64,000 nucleotides of DNA, taken from NCBI GenBank assembly GCA_963816145.1, contig CAWFJP010000013.1, forward strand, positions 1 to 64,000. Reading direction: 5' to 3'. A program made the position numbers and the translations under genes. A model generated the notes under the pieces. The model saw only the letters and a list, made by a program, of their open reading frames with translations. It ran no database searches and had not been told where the DNA came from. Below, piece by piece: positions 48,354 through 57,386 of the stretch; within the stretch, counting starts at the first letter, position 1, and the number at the start of each line of letters is the position of its first letter. This stretch comes from an uncultured delta proteobacterium (GTDB lineage Bacteria; Desulfobacterota; Binatia; UBA9968).

Positions 48354-49529
48354 TCAATCGAAGTAGCCGTGTTTGTGCGCCCACAACCAGAGATAGGCGA
48401 TTTTTTCGTTGTAAAGCTCGGAATAGCCGACATGGCCATAGCGTGGGATTAGAATGACATGGGCGCCGCGTGTGGTTGCGGCATATTTCCTGCCCATGAA
48501 CATCTCGCGCTTGTTTTCCAACGGCGCGCCGCCGTTGACCCAGTGGCCTTTGTCGTTCTCGCCGGCGACCAGCAAGACACGAATCGATTTCAACCAATTC
48601 GCATCCGGTTCCTGTAAGTGGTCGAAGAATTCCTCACGCGGCAGTCCGGTGCGTTTGGGGTATTCCTCCAAGATTCCAACGGCCGCGTTGTGCTGGTTGT
48701 CGCACAAACTGGTTTTCATTTGGGAACGTAGCGGGCTGACCAGACGGATGTAATCGTCGGCGCCGCCCCAGGGCGTCAAATCTTCCGGATCGATGTAGCC
48801 AGAGTTCTTGAACGAGTCCGGCGAGCGCCGCGACACATGGTCTAGTGGAATCTCCCGATATTTTTCCGCGCCGGTCTGGTCGCGCCACTCCTTGCGCCAG
48901 CCGTCGGGACCGCCACTGCCAAAACCGACTAGACCGACGACTTTGGTTTTCTTGCTGAAACGTGTCAGGTGCGCGGCCATGGGACCGCCGGTGGAGTGGC
49001 CGAAAGCGATGATGTCACGCTCCGCCAGATGTTGGTCGGTAAGCGTACCGGCCCCATGGAGAATGACGTTGAAAGTGCATTTCAGGTTGCGGTCGGCAAT
49101 TTCCTCCTGACTCAGCTCTCGATCCAGGAGATAAATCGGCATGCGCTCGGGGATGGGAACTTTCCACACGCCTCCTGGCGGATAATGGCCCGGATAGGTG
49201 AGCGTGAGGACTTTGAATCCCTGGGCGGCCGCAACCCGAGCCAGACCCGGCCGTCCGTCGGGCGTCAAGTCCATGATCTTTTCACTGCCCGCACCGCCAT
49301 GAAAAAACACCAAGGCGCGGCGCGGATCGGTTTCCTGCTCCGGCGTGTAAAGCGTGCCGTGCATGTCCCAGTCGTAACCGTTGCGTTGAAAACGAGCGGT
49401 TACATCGGTGCTGGTGAACTTTCTGTCAGCGTAGGGCGGCGCGATGGCCAGCCATTCGTCCCAAGTGAACTTCAACAACAGCTCGTTGGATTTCAATCCC
49501 TCTAAGTATTTTTCAGTCGCGCTACCCAT
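48354..49529 (-). CDS. alpha/beta-hydrolase-fold protein of unknown function
   Basis: FFHGGAGS, GHSTGG nucleophile elbow, AGEND, YGHVG. Confidence 0.7.
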   Translation of the reverse strand: MGSATEKYLEGLKSNELLLKFTWDEWLAIAPPYADRKFTSTDVTARFQRNGYDWDMHGTLYTPEQETDPRRALVFFHGGAGSEKIMDLTPDGRPGLARVAAAQGFKVLTLTYPGHYPPGGVWKVPIPERMPIYLLDRELSQEEIADRNLKCTFNVILHGAGTLTDQHLAERDIIAFGHSTGGPMAAHLTRFSKKTKVVGLVGFGSGGPDGWRKEWRDQTGAEKYREIPLDHVSRRSPDSFKNSGYIDPEDLTPWGGADDYIRLVSPLRSQMKTSLCDNQHNAAVGILEEYPKRTGLPREEFFDHLQEPDANWLKSIRVLLVAGENDKGHWVNGGAPLENKREMFMGRKYAATTRGAHVILIPRYGHVGYSELYNEKIAYLWLWAHKHGYFD

Positions 49530-49543
49530 GACCGTGTCTCCGC

Positions 49544-50377
49544 TTACGATTTGCTCGCGTATGTATCGAGGTAATATTTGGCGATCTCACCTTTGGTGGC
49601 GAACCAAACATCGGGAAAGCCTTTGGCGTAGCGAATGCATTCTTCCCATACTCCGATCAAATGCGGCCGGCCGCCGATATGGGCGTGGACCAGGCAGTCG
49701 ATCAATTTGGGCGCGCCCGCTTGGCCCTCGGCGTACAAGCAGTCGAAGGCGGCTTTGAAACTGTCAAAATAAACCCGTGGCGGATTCTTGGGTGTGAAGA
49801 TTCCCGAGAGATCATTGGCGTAATCGAGCCGCGGCATGATGATCAATGGCTTGCCATGGACCATGCGAAACTGCGGGATGTCGGGTCCAGGCAAGTCGCC
49901 GGTCCAGAAAATGCCTTCATCGACAAAGTTTCCGAAGGTGTATTCGTTGATCCGATGGCCGGGGCTGACCCAGCCGACCGGCCGTTTACCGGTCACCGAT
50001 GCGATGGCGTCGAGTGTGCGTTTGATCAAAGCTCGTTCACTGGCGGCATTTTCGACGTCCGACAGCGCCTGATCGTTGGCCCAGCCATGTCCGACGATTT
50101 CATGGCCGCCGGCATGAAGTTCTTTCAAGGCGTCGGGAAAATCTTCGGCGATGCGGCCGTTGGTGTCGATGGTGCCTTTGACGCCATTGCGGGCAAAGAC
50201 ATCCATGATGCGCCAGATGCCGGCCTTGCCGCCGTATTCACCGTAGGCGAGCGATGCATAATCCGGCTTAGCCTCGCTGCGGCGATATTGCGAAGATTTT
50301 TCAAAGGCCTCGAAGGCGACGAAGAAGCTGACGGCGATCTTGGCATTATTGGGCCACTTGATGGGAGAGAGTCTCAT
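49544..50377 (-). CDS. polysaccharide deacetylase / PuuE-like (CE4) protein
   Basis: KWPNNAKIAVSF, EYGGKAGIWRI, HEIVGHGW, GWVSPG, HAHIGGRP, DVWFAT. Confidence 0.88.
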   Translation of the reverse strand: MRLSPIKWPNNAKIAVSFFVAFEAFEKSSQYRRSEAKPDYASLAYGEYGGKAGIWRIMDVFARNGVKGTIDTNGRIAEDFPDALKELHAGGHEIVGHGWANDQALSDVENAASERALIKRTLDAIASVTGKRPVGWVSPGHRINEYTFGNFVDEGIFWTGDLPGPDIPQFRMVHGKPLIIMPRLDYANDLSGIFTPKNPPRVYFDSFKAAFDCLYAEGQAGAPKLIDCLVHAHIGGRPHLIGVWEECIRYAKGFPDVWFATKGEIAKYYLDTYASKS

Positions 50378-50387
50378 GATCGATTCC

Positions 50388-51401
50388 TTATTGTTTGGGC
50401 GCGCCGAAAATGTTGCGAAACTGCTCGTAGCTCTTGTTGAAATCGTCGCCGGCGCTGAACTCATCGATGACGAAATTCAATTTGTCCAATCCCTGCACGT
50501 TGGTCGGCACGGCGCGGCGAGTGGGCACGCGGCCGAACGAGGCGATGATTCTTTGTCCGTCCTCGGACAACATGAAATCGACAAACAGCTTGGCGGCGTT
50601 GGGATGGGGCGCTTTGGCGGCGACGCCGATCGGTTGAAATTTGGTGAAGACCGGCTCTTGCGCCACCCAGTCCACCGGCGCGCCTTTACGTTTTGCGTCC
50701 TCGGCGTTGTGAATATAGGTGTTGAGCACCAGCGGAAACTCACCGGCGGCAAGCAGCCCGGTGATGATCGTCAGCCCTGAAAAGAGGCGAAACTCCTGAG
50801 CGCCGAGCCGCTTCATGTAGCCCAGCCCTTTTTCCTGGCCGAGCCGTTTGAGCTTCCAAGAAAACCACTCAGGTTTGGTGCCGTCCATGGCGATCTTGCC
50901 GCGCCATTTAGGGTTCAGCAGATCGTCGTCAGTAACCGGCACTTCGCTGCGCTTCACCATCCGGGTGTTGTAAGCGATGACGTTCGGCATCATATAGATC
51001 GCCGCCCAATATCCGTCGGCGTCGAAGAAGCCTTTTTGCAACTGTTTGGTCTCGGGTGAATGATATTTTGCCAGTAGGTTTCGCTTCTTCAAAAAATAGG
51101 CTTGGGTCTCGGCTGACTGGACGACATCGAAGTCGAACCGGCCGGCTTGAGTCTCGGTCATGATCTTGGTGAGCAACCGTTCGCCGACGGCGCGAAACAT
51201 TTGAACCTGCAGGAAAGGGTACTTGGCGCGAAAGGCATCGTTGAGTTTTTGCGCCTGGTCGACGGTCATCGATGTGTAGAGGACGAGAGAACCTTCTTTT
51301 TTGGCACCTTCGATGAGTGATTCATGGTCATTGGCAATAGCCGGTGTTGTGACTAAAAGACCCAATAACACCGAGAGCGCTAGGCTGGTGGTTCTGTGCA
51401 T
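50388..51401 (-). CDS. ABC substrate-binding protein, AfuA-like class
   Basis: AKKEGSLVLYTS, PKWRGKI, APHPNAAKLFVDFMLS. Confidence 0.85.
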   Translation of the reverse strand: MHRTTSLALSVLLGLLVTTPAIANDHESLIEGAKKEGSLVLYTSMTVDQAQKLNDAFRAKYPFLQVQMFRAVGERLLTKIMTETQAGRFDFDVVQSAETQAYFLKKRNLLAKYHSPETKQLQKGFFDADGYWAAIYMMPNVIAYNTRMVKRSEVPVTDDDLLNPKWRGKIAMDGTKPEWFSWKLKRLGQEKGLGYMKRLGAQEFRLFSGLTIITGLLAAGEFPLVLNTYIHNAEDAKRKGAPVDWVAQEPVFTKFQPIGVAAKAPHPNAAKLFVDFMLSEDGQRIIASFGRVPTRRAVPTNVQGLDKLNFVIDEFSAGDDFNKSYEQFRNIFGAPKQ

Positions 51402-51494
51402 GGTTCTTTCTCCCATTGAAACTCGTGCCGGATACTATCAAGGCGACGACGAGAGGGTCAACCGCGTTGCCCAGGGAGTTACTTCGCAAGAAAT

Positions 51495-51525
51495 AAAAAA
51501 GGGACACCCATGGGCATCCCTTTTG
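51495..51525 (-). terminator. intrinsic terminator after the NuoF-like gene
   Basis: Minus strand aaaagggatgcccatgggtgtccctttttt. Confidence 0.75.
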
Positions 51526-51548
51526 TTACCGAATTCAATTCTTAACCG

Positions 51549-52799
51549 TTACGCCCTAGCCAGCAGCGCCTGGAAGTCTTCGGGGAAAAGCTTGAGGGCG
51601 CTTTCAATCGGTGGACCCGGCATGGCGATCAGGTTGCAGAACCCTTTGCCTTTGTTGAAGGCGAGCAGTTTGCCGAACTGTTCGAGCATGGCAGCATTGC
51701 CTTGCCTTTGCTGAACTCTTTTCATCAGCATCGCAAGGCTCTTGGTCTCCATCTGACACGCCGGACATTGGCCGCAAGACTCGGTGGCGAAAAATTCGGT
51801 GATGCGCACTAGCTCATCGACAATGGAATCACCCTCGCGGACGATATGGACGACACCGCAGCCAAGCATGGAGCCGGCTTCGCGCATGGCGTTGGGTTCC
51901 AGCGGTGTATCGATCTTGTCCGCGGGCAGGTAGGCGGACGACGGCGAACCCGGCATGATCGCCTTGATCTTTTTGCCATCCTTCAGGCCGCCGCCGCATT
52001 CTTCAATCAGATGGCGCAGCGGTGTGCCGAAGGGGAGCTCATAGATGCCGGGACGTTTGACGTCCTCGGTTTCGTTGAGTGAGAACAGCATGGTGCCGGG
52101 ACAATCTTTGGTGCCGAAGCCGCGGTACCAATCGGCGCCCTTAAACAAGATGCGCGGCACGTTGGTTAGGGTCTCGACGTTGTTTACCGAGGTCGGTTTG
52201 CCGAACAGGCCGACGGTGACGGGAAACGGCGGTTTTTGCCGTGGCAGCGGCTTCTTGCCTTCGATGACTTCGAGCACCGCGGTGTCTTCGCCGGCGACAT
52301 AGTTATGCGGCGCGGCGATGATCTCGATGTCGAGGTCGTAGCTGCCGCCAAGAATTTTTTGACCCCAGTAACCGGCCGCTTTGGCTTCGCGCAAAGCATC
52401 ATTGACGCTTTGGATCGCCGTTTCGTACTTCGCGTTGATGTAAAGATAGGCTTTGGCTGCGCCGATGGCGTAGGAGCCGAGCACTGTGCCTTCGATGACT
52501 AAATGCGGCAAGTTCTCCAGCAGCACCCGGTCCTTTCGGCTGCCCGGTTCGTCTTCGCCGCCATTCATCACCAAATAATGCGGCTGCTCAGGAGCCTCGC
52601 GGGTGAACTGCCATTTTTTCCCCGTGGGAAAGCCCGCGCCGCCATGGCCGCGCAATCCTGCGTCAGAAATAACCTGAATGACGTCCTCAGGGGTTACCTG
52701 AAGCGCTTTGGCTAGCGCTTCATAACCGCCGCGGGCCTGATACTCTTTCAGTCCTTCGCGGCCTTCTACCACGCCCTTGGGGAAAAGGATGCCGTCCAT
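51549..52799 (-). CDS. stand-alone NuoF-like FMN/[4Fe-4S] NAD(P)H dehydrogenase subunit
   Basis: GLRGHGGAGFPTGKKW, NGGEDEPGSRKDR, YVAGEDTA, PRQKPPFP, NNVET, ESCGQCPAC...GFC. Confidence 0.92.
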   Translation of the reverse strand: MDGILFPKGVVEGREGLKEYQARGGYEALAKALQVTPEDVIQVISDAGLRGHGGAGFPTGKKWQFTREAPEQPHYLVMNGGEDEPGSRKDRVLLENLPHLVIEGTVLGSYAIGAAKAYLYINAKYETAIQSVNDALREAKAAGYWGQKILGGSYDLDIEIIAAPHNYVAGEDTAVLEVIEGKKPLPRQKPPFPVTVGLFGKPTSVNNVETLTNVPRILFKGADWYRGFGTKDCPGTMLFSLNETEDVKRPGIYELPFGTPLRHLIEECGGGLKDGKKIKAIMPGSPSSAYLPADKIDTPLEPNAMREAGSMLGCGVVHIVREGDSIVDELVRITEFFATESCGQCPACQMETKSLAMLMKRVQQRQGNAAMLEQFGKLLAFNKGKGFCNLIAMPGPPIESALKLFPEDFQALLARA

Positions 52800-52803
52800 C
52801 GGC

Positions 52804-53133
52804 TTAGAAAACCCCCGTATCGAGTAGTTGGTAGATCAATTCCTTCAAAGACGAATCGATGGTGTCCAAGCGCTGCACATGGGGACCGCCGGCGAGGTGC
52901 GCGACGATGTCGTCGAGATCTTCGCTTTTGACATGAGCATACCAGTTCTTTTCAGGATAAATGACCACGTTGGGCCCTTCTTGGCAGGCACCAAAACACA
53001 TGTACGGTTTGACATCGACATCGGTCAGCCCTTTGGCGGTAATTTTTTGTTGCAACTCCACCGCCAACTGCTCCGACCCCCGGGCCTTGCAATCGATATT
53101 CTGACAAACGAGACAGCTTTGACTCACGGGCAT
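52804..53133 (-). CDS. thioredoxin-like [2Fe-2S] ferredoxin (NuoE C-terminal domain-like)
   Basis: CQNIDC...CFGACQEGPNVVIYP..WY. Confidence 0.9.
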   Translation of the reverse strand: MPVSQSCLVCQNIDCKARGSEQLAVELQQKITAKGLTDVDVKPYMCFGACQEGPNVVIYPEKNWYAHVKSEDLDDIVAHLAGGPHVQRLDTIDSSLKELIYQLLDTGVF

Positions 53134-53190
53134 CTCCTTCGGTCCTACTTACTAATGCTCGATTCGATATGCAACAGCTGAATTTGAAAC

Positions 53191-54297
53191 TCAATTCAAT
53201 TGCATTTGCGAGACCCAGTCTTTGCCCTTGATGATATCGGCGAGGATTTTTTCGTCTTCGGCATTCGGAAGCGCGTCATAGAGGTGCTTCTGATAGTCTT
53301 CTGCGCTGAGCAGCTCGCCGGTAACGCTATAGGTCTTGCCGACATGTTCGCCGATGGAGCGGTTGAATTTTAAGTCGGGCGCCTTCAGCTTGGTCTCTCC
53401 GTCCGGCACCAGTTGATTGAGCTGGTCGATCAATTGCTGCGATTCTTTCATGTAATGTTCGCGGGCGACATCGTTGAGCTTGTCTTTCTCCGCCGGCACG
53501 GTCGCGCTGTGTTCGTCGTAGCGGCCTTTGATGCCCCAGGTGTAGGCCCAGTGGGCCGACGATGAGTGGTCCGTGCCGAAAAGATCGTAAGCGGTGGAAA
53601 GCCACTTGTTAAAATATTTCTGCACGATCGGCACGGGAATTTTTTTGGCCCTGAGCACCCGAGTCAGCCCGGTGTGTCCGGTGAACATATGAAAATGCTC
53701 TTCTTTGAGCATCGCCGTGACGCTTTCGGCGAGCGGGGCGAAGGACGAGTGGCTCAGCATGGTTAACTGATATTTGCCGTCGCGATCGACGAATTCCGTG
53801 TAGGTGAAAAAGTCGAGCCAGTTGTTCACCGGCGCGTTGAACGAGCCGAGCAGCCGGTCGCCCCGAAAGGCGCGGCGTTCGAGCATTTTGCGCGCTTCAA
53901 GCTTGCCGGAATCGCCGAAGTAGTTCACCAGCAGGTAACACATCTGCCAGCCATGGCGCATTTCTTCGCTGTTGACCCGAGTCAGAGCTTTACGGTCGTA
54001 TTCGGTGGGCGCAGTATCGAGGAGGTTTTTTTGCTGCTCGACGGAAGCGAATTCGGTATCGCCCTGGTAGACTATGAGATTCATCAAGGCATCGCGAATC
54101 GATTGATTGGGGATTTGGCCAACTCGCTGCCATTTCTGCTGGCCTTTGAAATCGCCAAACTCGATCTCGGGGGAATGGAGCTCGCCCAGTTTGGTTTCGA
54201 ACTTATAGCCGTCGAGCAGTGCCGCATCGTAGCCGATGTCTTTTTGCCACTGATGGAAATAGTCGATCCAGTCATCGAAAGTTGAGATTTTGATCAT
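53191..54297 (-). CDS. boxB: BoxB-like (PaaA/PaaC superfamily) diiron aryl-CoA epoxidase subunit, short form (368 aa)
   Basis: QGDTEFASVEQQ, VNSEEMRHGWQM, DRDGKYQL, MLKEEHFHMFTG match recalled BoxB diiron motifs (QGDTEPASVEQQ, EEGRH, DRDGK, EEAHH). Confidence 0.8.
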   Translation of the reverse strand: MIKISTFDDWIDYFHQWQKDIGYDAALLDGYKFETKLGELHSPEIEFGDFKGQQKWQRVGQIPNQSIRDALMNLIVYQGDTEFASVEQQKNLLDTAPTEYDRKALTRVNSEEMRHGWQMCYLLVNYFGDSGKLEARKMLERRAFRGDRLLGSFNAPVNNWLDFFTYTEFVDRDGKYQLTMLSHSSFAPLAESVTAMLKEEHFHMFTGHTGLTRVLRAKKIPVPIVQKYFNKWLSTAYDLFGTDHSSSAHWAYTWGIKGRYDEHSATVPAEKDKLNDVAREHYMKESQQLIDQLNQLVPDGETKLKAPDLKFNRSIGEHVGKTYSVTGELLSAEDYQKHLYDALPNAEDEKILADIIKGKDWVSQMQLN

Positions 54298-54319
54298 GGA
54301 GGGTCCTTTCAATAGGGCA

Positions 54320-54337
54320 TTCGAACGATCGTTCGAA
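54320..54337. promoter_or_regulatory. perfect 18-bp palindromic operator, PaaR(TetR)-type
   Basis: TTCGAACGATCGTTCGAA contains CNAACGNNCGTTNG and overlaps the predicted transcription start. Confidence 0.75.
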
Positions 54338-54340
54338 AGA

Positions 54341-54369
54341 TTTATAGCGGGTTGCCGGGAGGAAATCAA
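54341..54369 (-). promoter_or_regulatory. sigma70 promoter of the boxB-like operon
   Basis: Minus strand TTGATT-17 nt-TATAAA. Confidence 0.65.
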
Positions 54370-54423
54370 CTGCCCGGCGGCGTTCGGACGGAGGTGGGCT
54401 CTAGGCGCGCGGCGGTTCTCCGC

Positions 54424-56823
54424 CTAGCGATACATTTCCAACAGCTCGACCATTTCCAGCTGGCGAATTTGCTCAAACAGATAGCGCTTGATTTCGCCGA
54501 CGGTATCCATGCCAAGGACGATCTGCGCCGTCGCTTGGGCGGACTGATAACTGATGGACCGAATGGCCTTTTTAATCACGGGAAGATACAGCGCGCCCAT
54601 GCTGAACTCTTCTAAGCCCATGCCGAGGAGCACCAAGGCGCACAGCGGGTCACCGGCCATCTCACCGCACATGCTGACGCGTTTGCCAACTTTCTTGCCA
54701 GCAGCGATGGTTGTGTTGAGTGCGGAAAGAACGGCTGGATGCAGCGGTTCATAAAGATTGGCGACTTTGCGGTTACTACGGTCGACGGCCAGGAGGTACT
54801 GGATGAGATCGTTGGTGCCAATACTTAAAAAGTCGACTTCACGCAGAAACCGATCTGCCAATTGCACCGCGGCCGGCACCTCAACCATGATGCCGAGCTC
54901 CATCTGCCGGTCGTAGGGGGCGCCTTCGCGTTCCAATTCAGCTTTGGCCTCGGTTAGCAGGTCTTTGACTTTTTGAATCTCTTCGAGACTGGAAATCATC
55001 GGCACGAGCATGCGCACCAGCCCGAGATCGCCGACGCGTAGAATAGCCCGCAACTGGGTTTTGAAAATTTCTTCAACTTCTAGCGAGATGCGGATCGAGC
55101 GCCAACCCAAAAAGGGATTGGGCTCGGTAGCGACATTGCGCATGTAGGTTGGATATTTGTCGGCGCCGATATCGAGCGTGCGAATGGTGACCGGCTTATT
55201 CATCATGCCTTCGACGACGCGCTTATAAAGCGCGTATTGCTCTTCTTCACTGGGGAAATCACGGTGCGATAAAAAGGGGATCTCGGTGCGGTATAGGCCG
55301 ATGCCCTGGGCGCCATGGAAATGCGCGAAGGCGACATCGCTTAATAGCCCGACGTTGGCGTAGAGCGAGACGCGGTGGCCGTCAGTCGTTTGCGCGGGAA
55401 GATCTTTAAGTTCGCCGAGTTCACGATTGAGATCCGCGTAATCGCGTTCCAAACGATCGTATTCGCGGATCACCTCGGCGTTTGGGTTGACGTGCACGCT
55501 GCCGGCGTTGCCGTCGACGATCAGTAAATCGCCCTGGTGGACCTTTTCCATCAGATCTTCGACCGCAACGATGCTGGGAATCTCAAATGACTTGGCCAAT
55601 ATCGAGGCATGGGAGGTGACGCCGCCGGTGGCTAGGACAATACCCTTAAACTTGTCGCCTTCGAGCATGCTCAAGTCGGCGGGTGAAAGATCCTGCGCCA
55701 CCAAAATAGCGTCGTCCGGCACATCGTAGGGTTGCCCGTCGCCGCCGGAAAGTGTTTCTAACAACCGCTGCGCGGCGTCTTTGACGTCGGAGGTCCGTTC
55801 GCGCAGGTAGCTATTGTCGATCTTGGCGATGGATTCCATGTAACGTTCGAAGACCACCCGGACGGCATATTCCGCGACATAGCTGCCTTTGCGAATCTGT
55901 TGTTCGATCTGGTGAATGATCTGCGGATCCTCGAAAATCAGCCGATAGACGTCGAATATCGCACCTTCCTCGGCGGAAATCAGGCTGCTCATGCGCCGCT
56001 TGACGACGTCGATCTGGTCGATGCCGCGCTCCACCGCGCCGCGAAAGCGCTCGATCTCATGCCGGGGATTGCGCGATTTTTTCTTCTTGATCGCGTTCAG
56101 TTCCATGCGCGGCTCAAGGACAAAGGCTCGCCCGCGGCCAAAGCCCGGCGATGCCGCCAGGCCGGTCACGCGCCCGCGCCATCTCTGTTTGACCTTTGTC
56201 GTTGGTTCCGGCGGAGCGCCTTCATAGGAGCGCAGCTTGCGCATCGCCTCGTTCATGCGCTTCTGATATTCCTTGCGCTCCTCTTCCTTGGAGCGCAGGT
56301 TGTCGGTGAGCCGGGCCTGGAGGATGATACTGGCCGCCTGGCCCGAGATCGTCGTCAATAGGCGAATCTCATCACGGGAAAACTCGCGCCGGCGGGAAGT
56401 TTGCACCACAAGCACGCCGAGCGGCGTTTTCTTATCGAACAGCGGTACGCCGAGGAACGAGTGGAAATGCTCTTCGTGGGTTTCAGGAAAGTATTTGTAG
56501 CGCTTGTGTGCCAGGGCATCGACGACCATCACCGGCTTCATTTGCTCGATGACTAGACCGGTCAAACCTTCGCTGGTGCCCATGGATACTCTACCGACCG
56601 ACTCGGGATCGAGTCCCATGGTCGCGCAAAGGGTCAGGCGATTCTTCTTGGCATCGAAGATATACAGCGAGCACACTTCAGTCTGCATCCGTTCGGCAAC
56701 CGTGGCGACCAGCCGGTCTAAGGTTTCTTGCAGGTCGTGCGAATGGCTTATCAGTGTGCTGATGTCCGCGAGTATACCCAGGTGGGGGTGGGTAGTGCGG
56801 GCGATCTTGGTGTTTTTTGCCAT
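54424..56823 (-). CDS. ptsP: phosphoenolpyruvate-protein phosphotransferase EI(Ntr) with GAF domain
   Basis: N-terminal GAF (VCSLY...EGLTG...SFLGVPL), TSHASIL phospho-His, GIGLYRTE, RTLDIGADK, EPNPFLGWR, SIGTNDL, MCGEMAGD. Confidence 0.95.
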   Translation of the reverse strand: MAKNTKIARTTHPHLGILADISTLISHSHDLQETLDRLVATVAERMQTEVCSLYIFDAKKNRLTLCATMGLDPESVGRVSMGTSEGLTGLVIEQMKPVMVVDALAHKRYKYFPETHEEHFHSFLGVPLFDKKTPLGVLVVQTSRRREFSRDEIRLLTTISGQAASIILQARLTDNLRSKEEERKEYQKRMNEAMRKLRSYEGAPPEPTTKVKQRWRGRVTGLAASPGFGRGRAFVLEPRMELNAIKKKKSRNPRHEIERFRGAVERGIDQIDVVKRRMSSLISAEEGAIFDVYRLIFEDPQIIHQIEQQIRKGSYVAEYAVRVVFERYMESIAKIDNSYLRERTSDVKDAAQRLLETLSGGDGQPYDVPDDAILVAQDLSPADLSMLEGDKFKGIVLATGGVTSHASILAKSFEIPSIVAVEDLMEKVHQGDLLIVDGNAGSVHVNPNAEVIREYDRLERDYADLNRELGELKDLPAQTTDGHRVSLYANVGLLSDVAFAHFHGAQGIGLYRTEIPFLSHRDFPSEEEQYALYKRVVEGMMNKPVTIRTLDIGADKYPTYMRNVATEPNPFLGWRSIRISLEVEEIFKTQLRAILRVGDLGLVRMLVPMISSLEEIQKVKDLLTEAKAELEREGAPYDRQMELGIMVEVPAAVQLADRFLREVDFLSIGTNDLIQYLLAVDRSNRKVANLYEPLHPAVLSALNTTIAAGKKVGKRVSMCGEMAGDPLCALVLLGMGLEEFSMGALYLPVIKKAIRSISYQSAQATAQIVLGMDTVGEIKRYLFEQIRQLEMVELLEMYR

Positions 56824-56968
56824 GGTTGTTGATTATAGACGAAGATAGAGTTTTCTATAAAACATAAATTTTGCGGATTCGCCAGGTAGCCCAGCGTCGT
56901 TGGAGCGCGGCAAGCCGCCGTTTACCGGCGGAAACTACATTTTTATCCCACTATGATATATTGACCCC

Positions 56969-57379
56969 ATGAGTCAGATCGCCGGTTTGCGAGGCATGCG
57001 CCATATCGCGCTCAAAGCGCGCGACGTGGTACGGGCGAAAAGATTTTACCAAGAAGTGCTCGGCATGAAAGTGGTCTGGGAGCCGGACGACAAGAATGTC
57101 TATCTATCATCCGGGTGTGACAACCTGGCGATCCACGAAGTTGCCGAGGGCTTTGCGCAGTCCGCTGAGGAAAGACAGCTCGATCATCTTGGCTTCATCG
57201 TCGAGAGCGTCGAGCGAGTGCGCGAGTTGGAGCAGGAATTCGTCGGTCAAGGGGTCACGATCGTCCATCCGTTCAAGATCCATCGTGACGGCAGCGCATC
57301 GTTTTATTGCGCCGATCCGGATGGCATTGTCATTCAAATGCTCTACGAGCCAACCTTGAGTTCACAGAATATTAGCTGA
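56969..57379 (+). CDS. VOC/glyoxalase family protein
   Basis: MRHIALK...FYQEVLGM...LDHLGF...FYCADPDG. Confidence 0.9.
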   Translation: MSQIAGLRGMRHIALKARDVVRAKRFYQEVLGMKVVWEPDDKNVYLSSGCDNLAIHEVAEGFAQSAEERQLDHLGFIVESVERVRELEQEFVGQGVTIVHPFKIHRDGSASFYCADPDGIVIQMLYEPTLSSQNIS

Positions 57380-57386
57380 GGGTCTT

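Noticed and set aside
48325-48597. N-terminal extension of the 446-aa SBP ORF
   Set aside because: Overlaps the hydrolase gene; RBS and signal peptide indicate a start at 48324
51549-53133. Calling these genes respiratory nuoE/nuoF or a hydrogenase/formate dehydrogenase diaphorase
   Set aside because: No other nuo/hox/fdh genes adjacent, the ferredoxin lacks the NuoE N-terminal domain and the motifs are divergent
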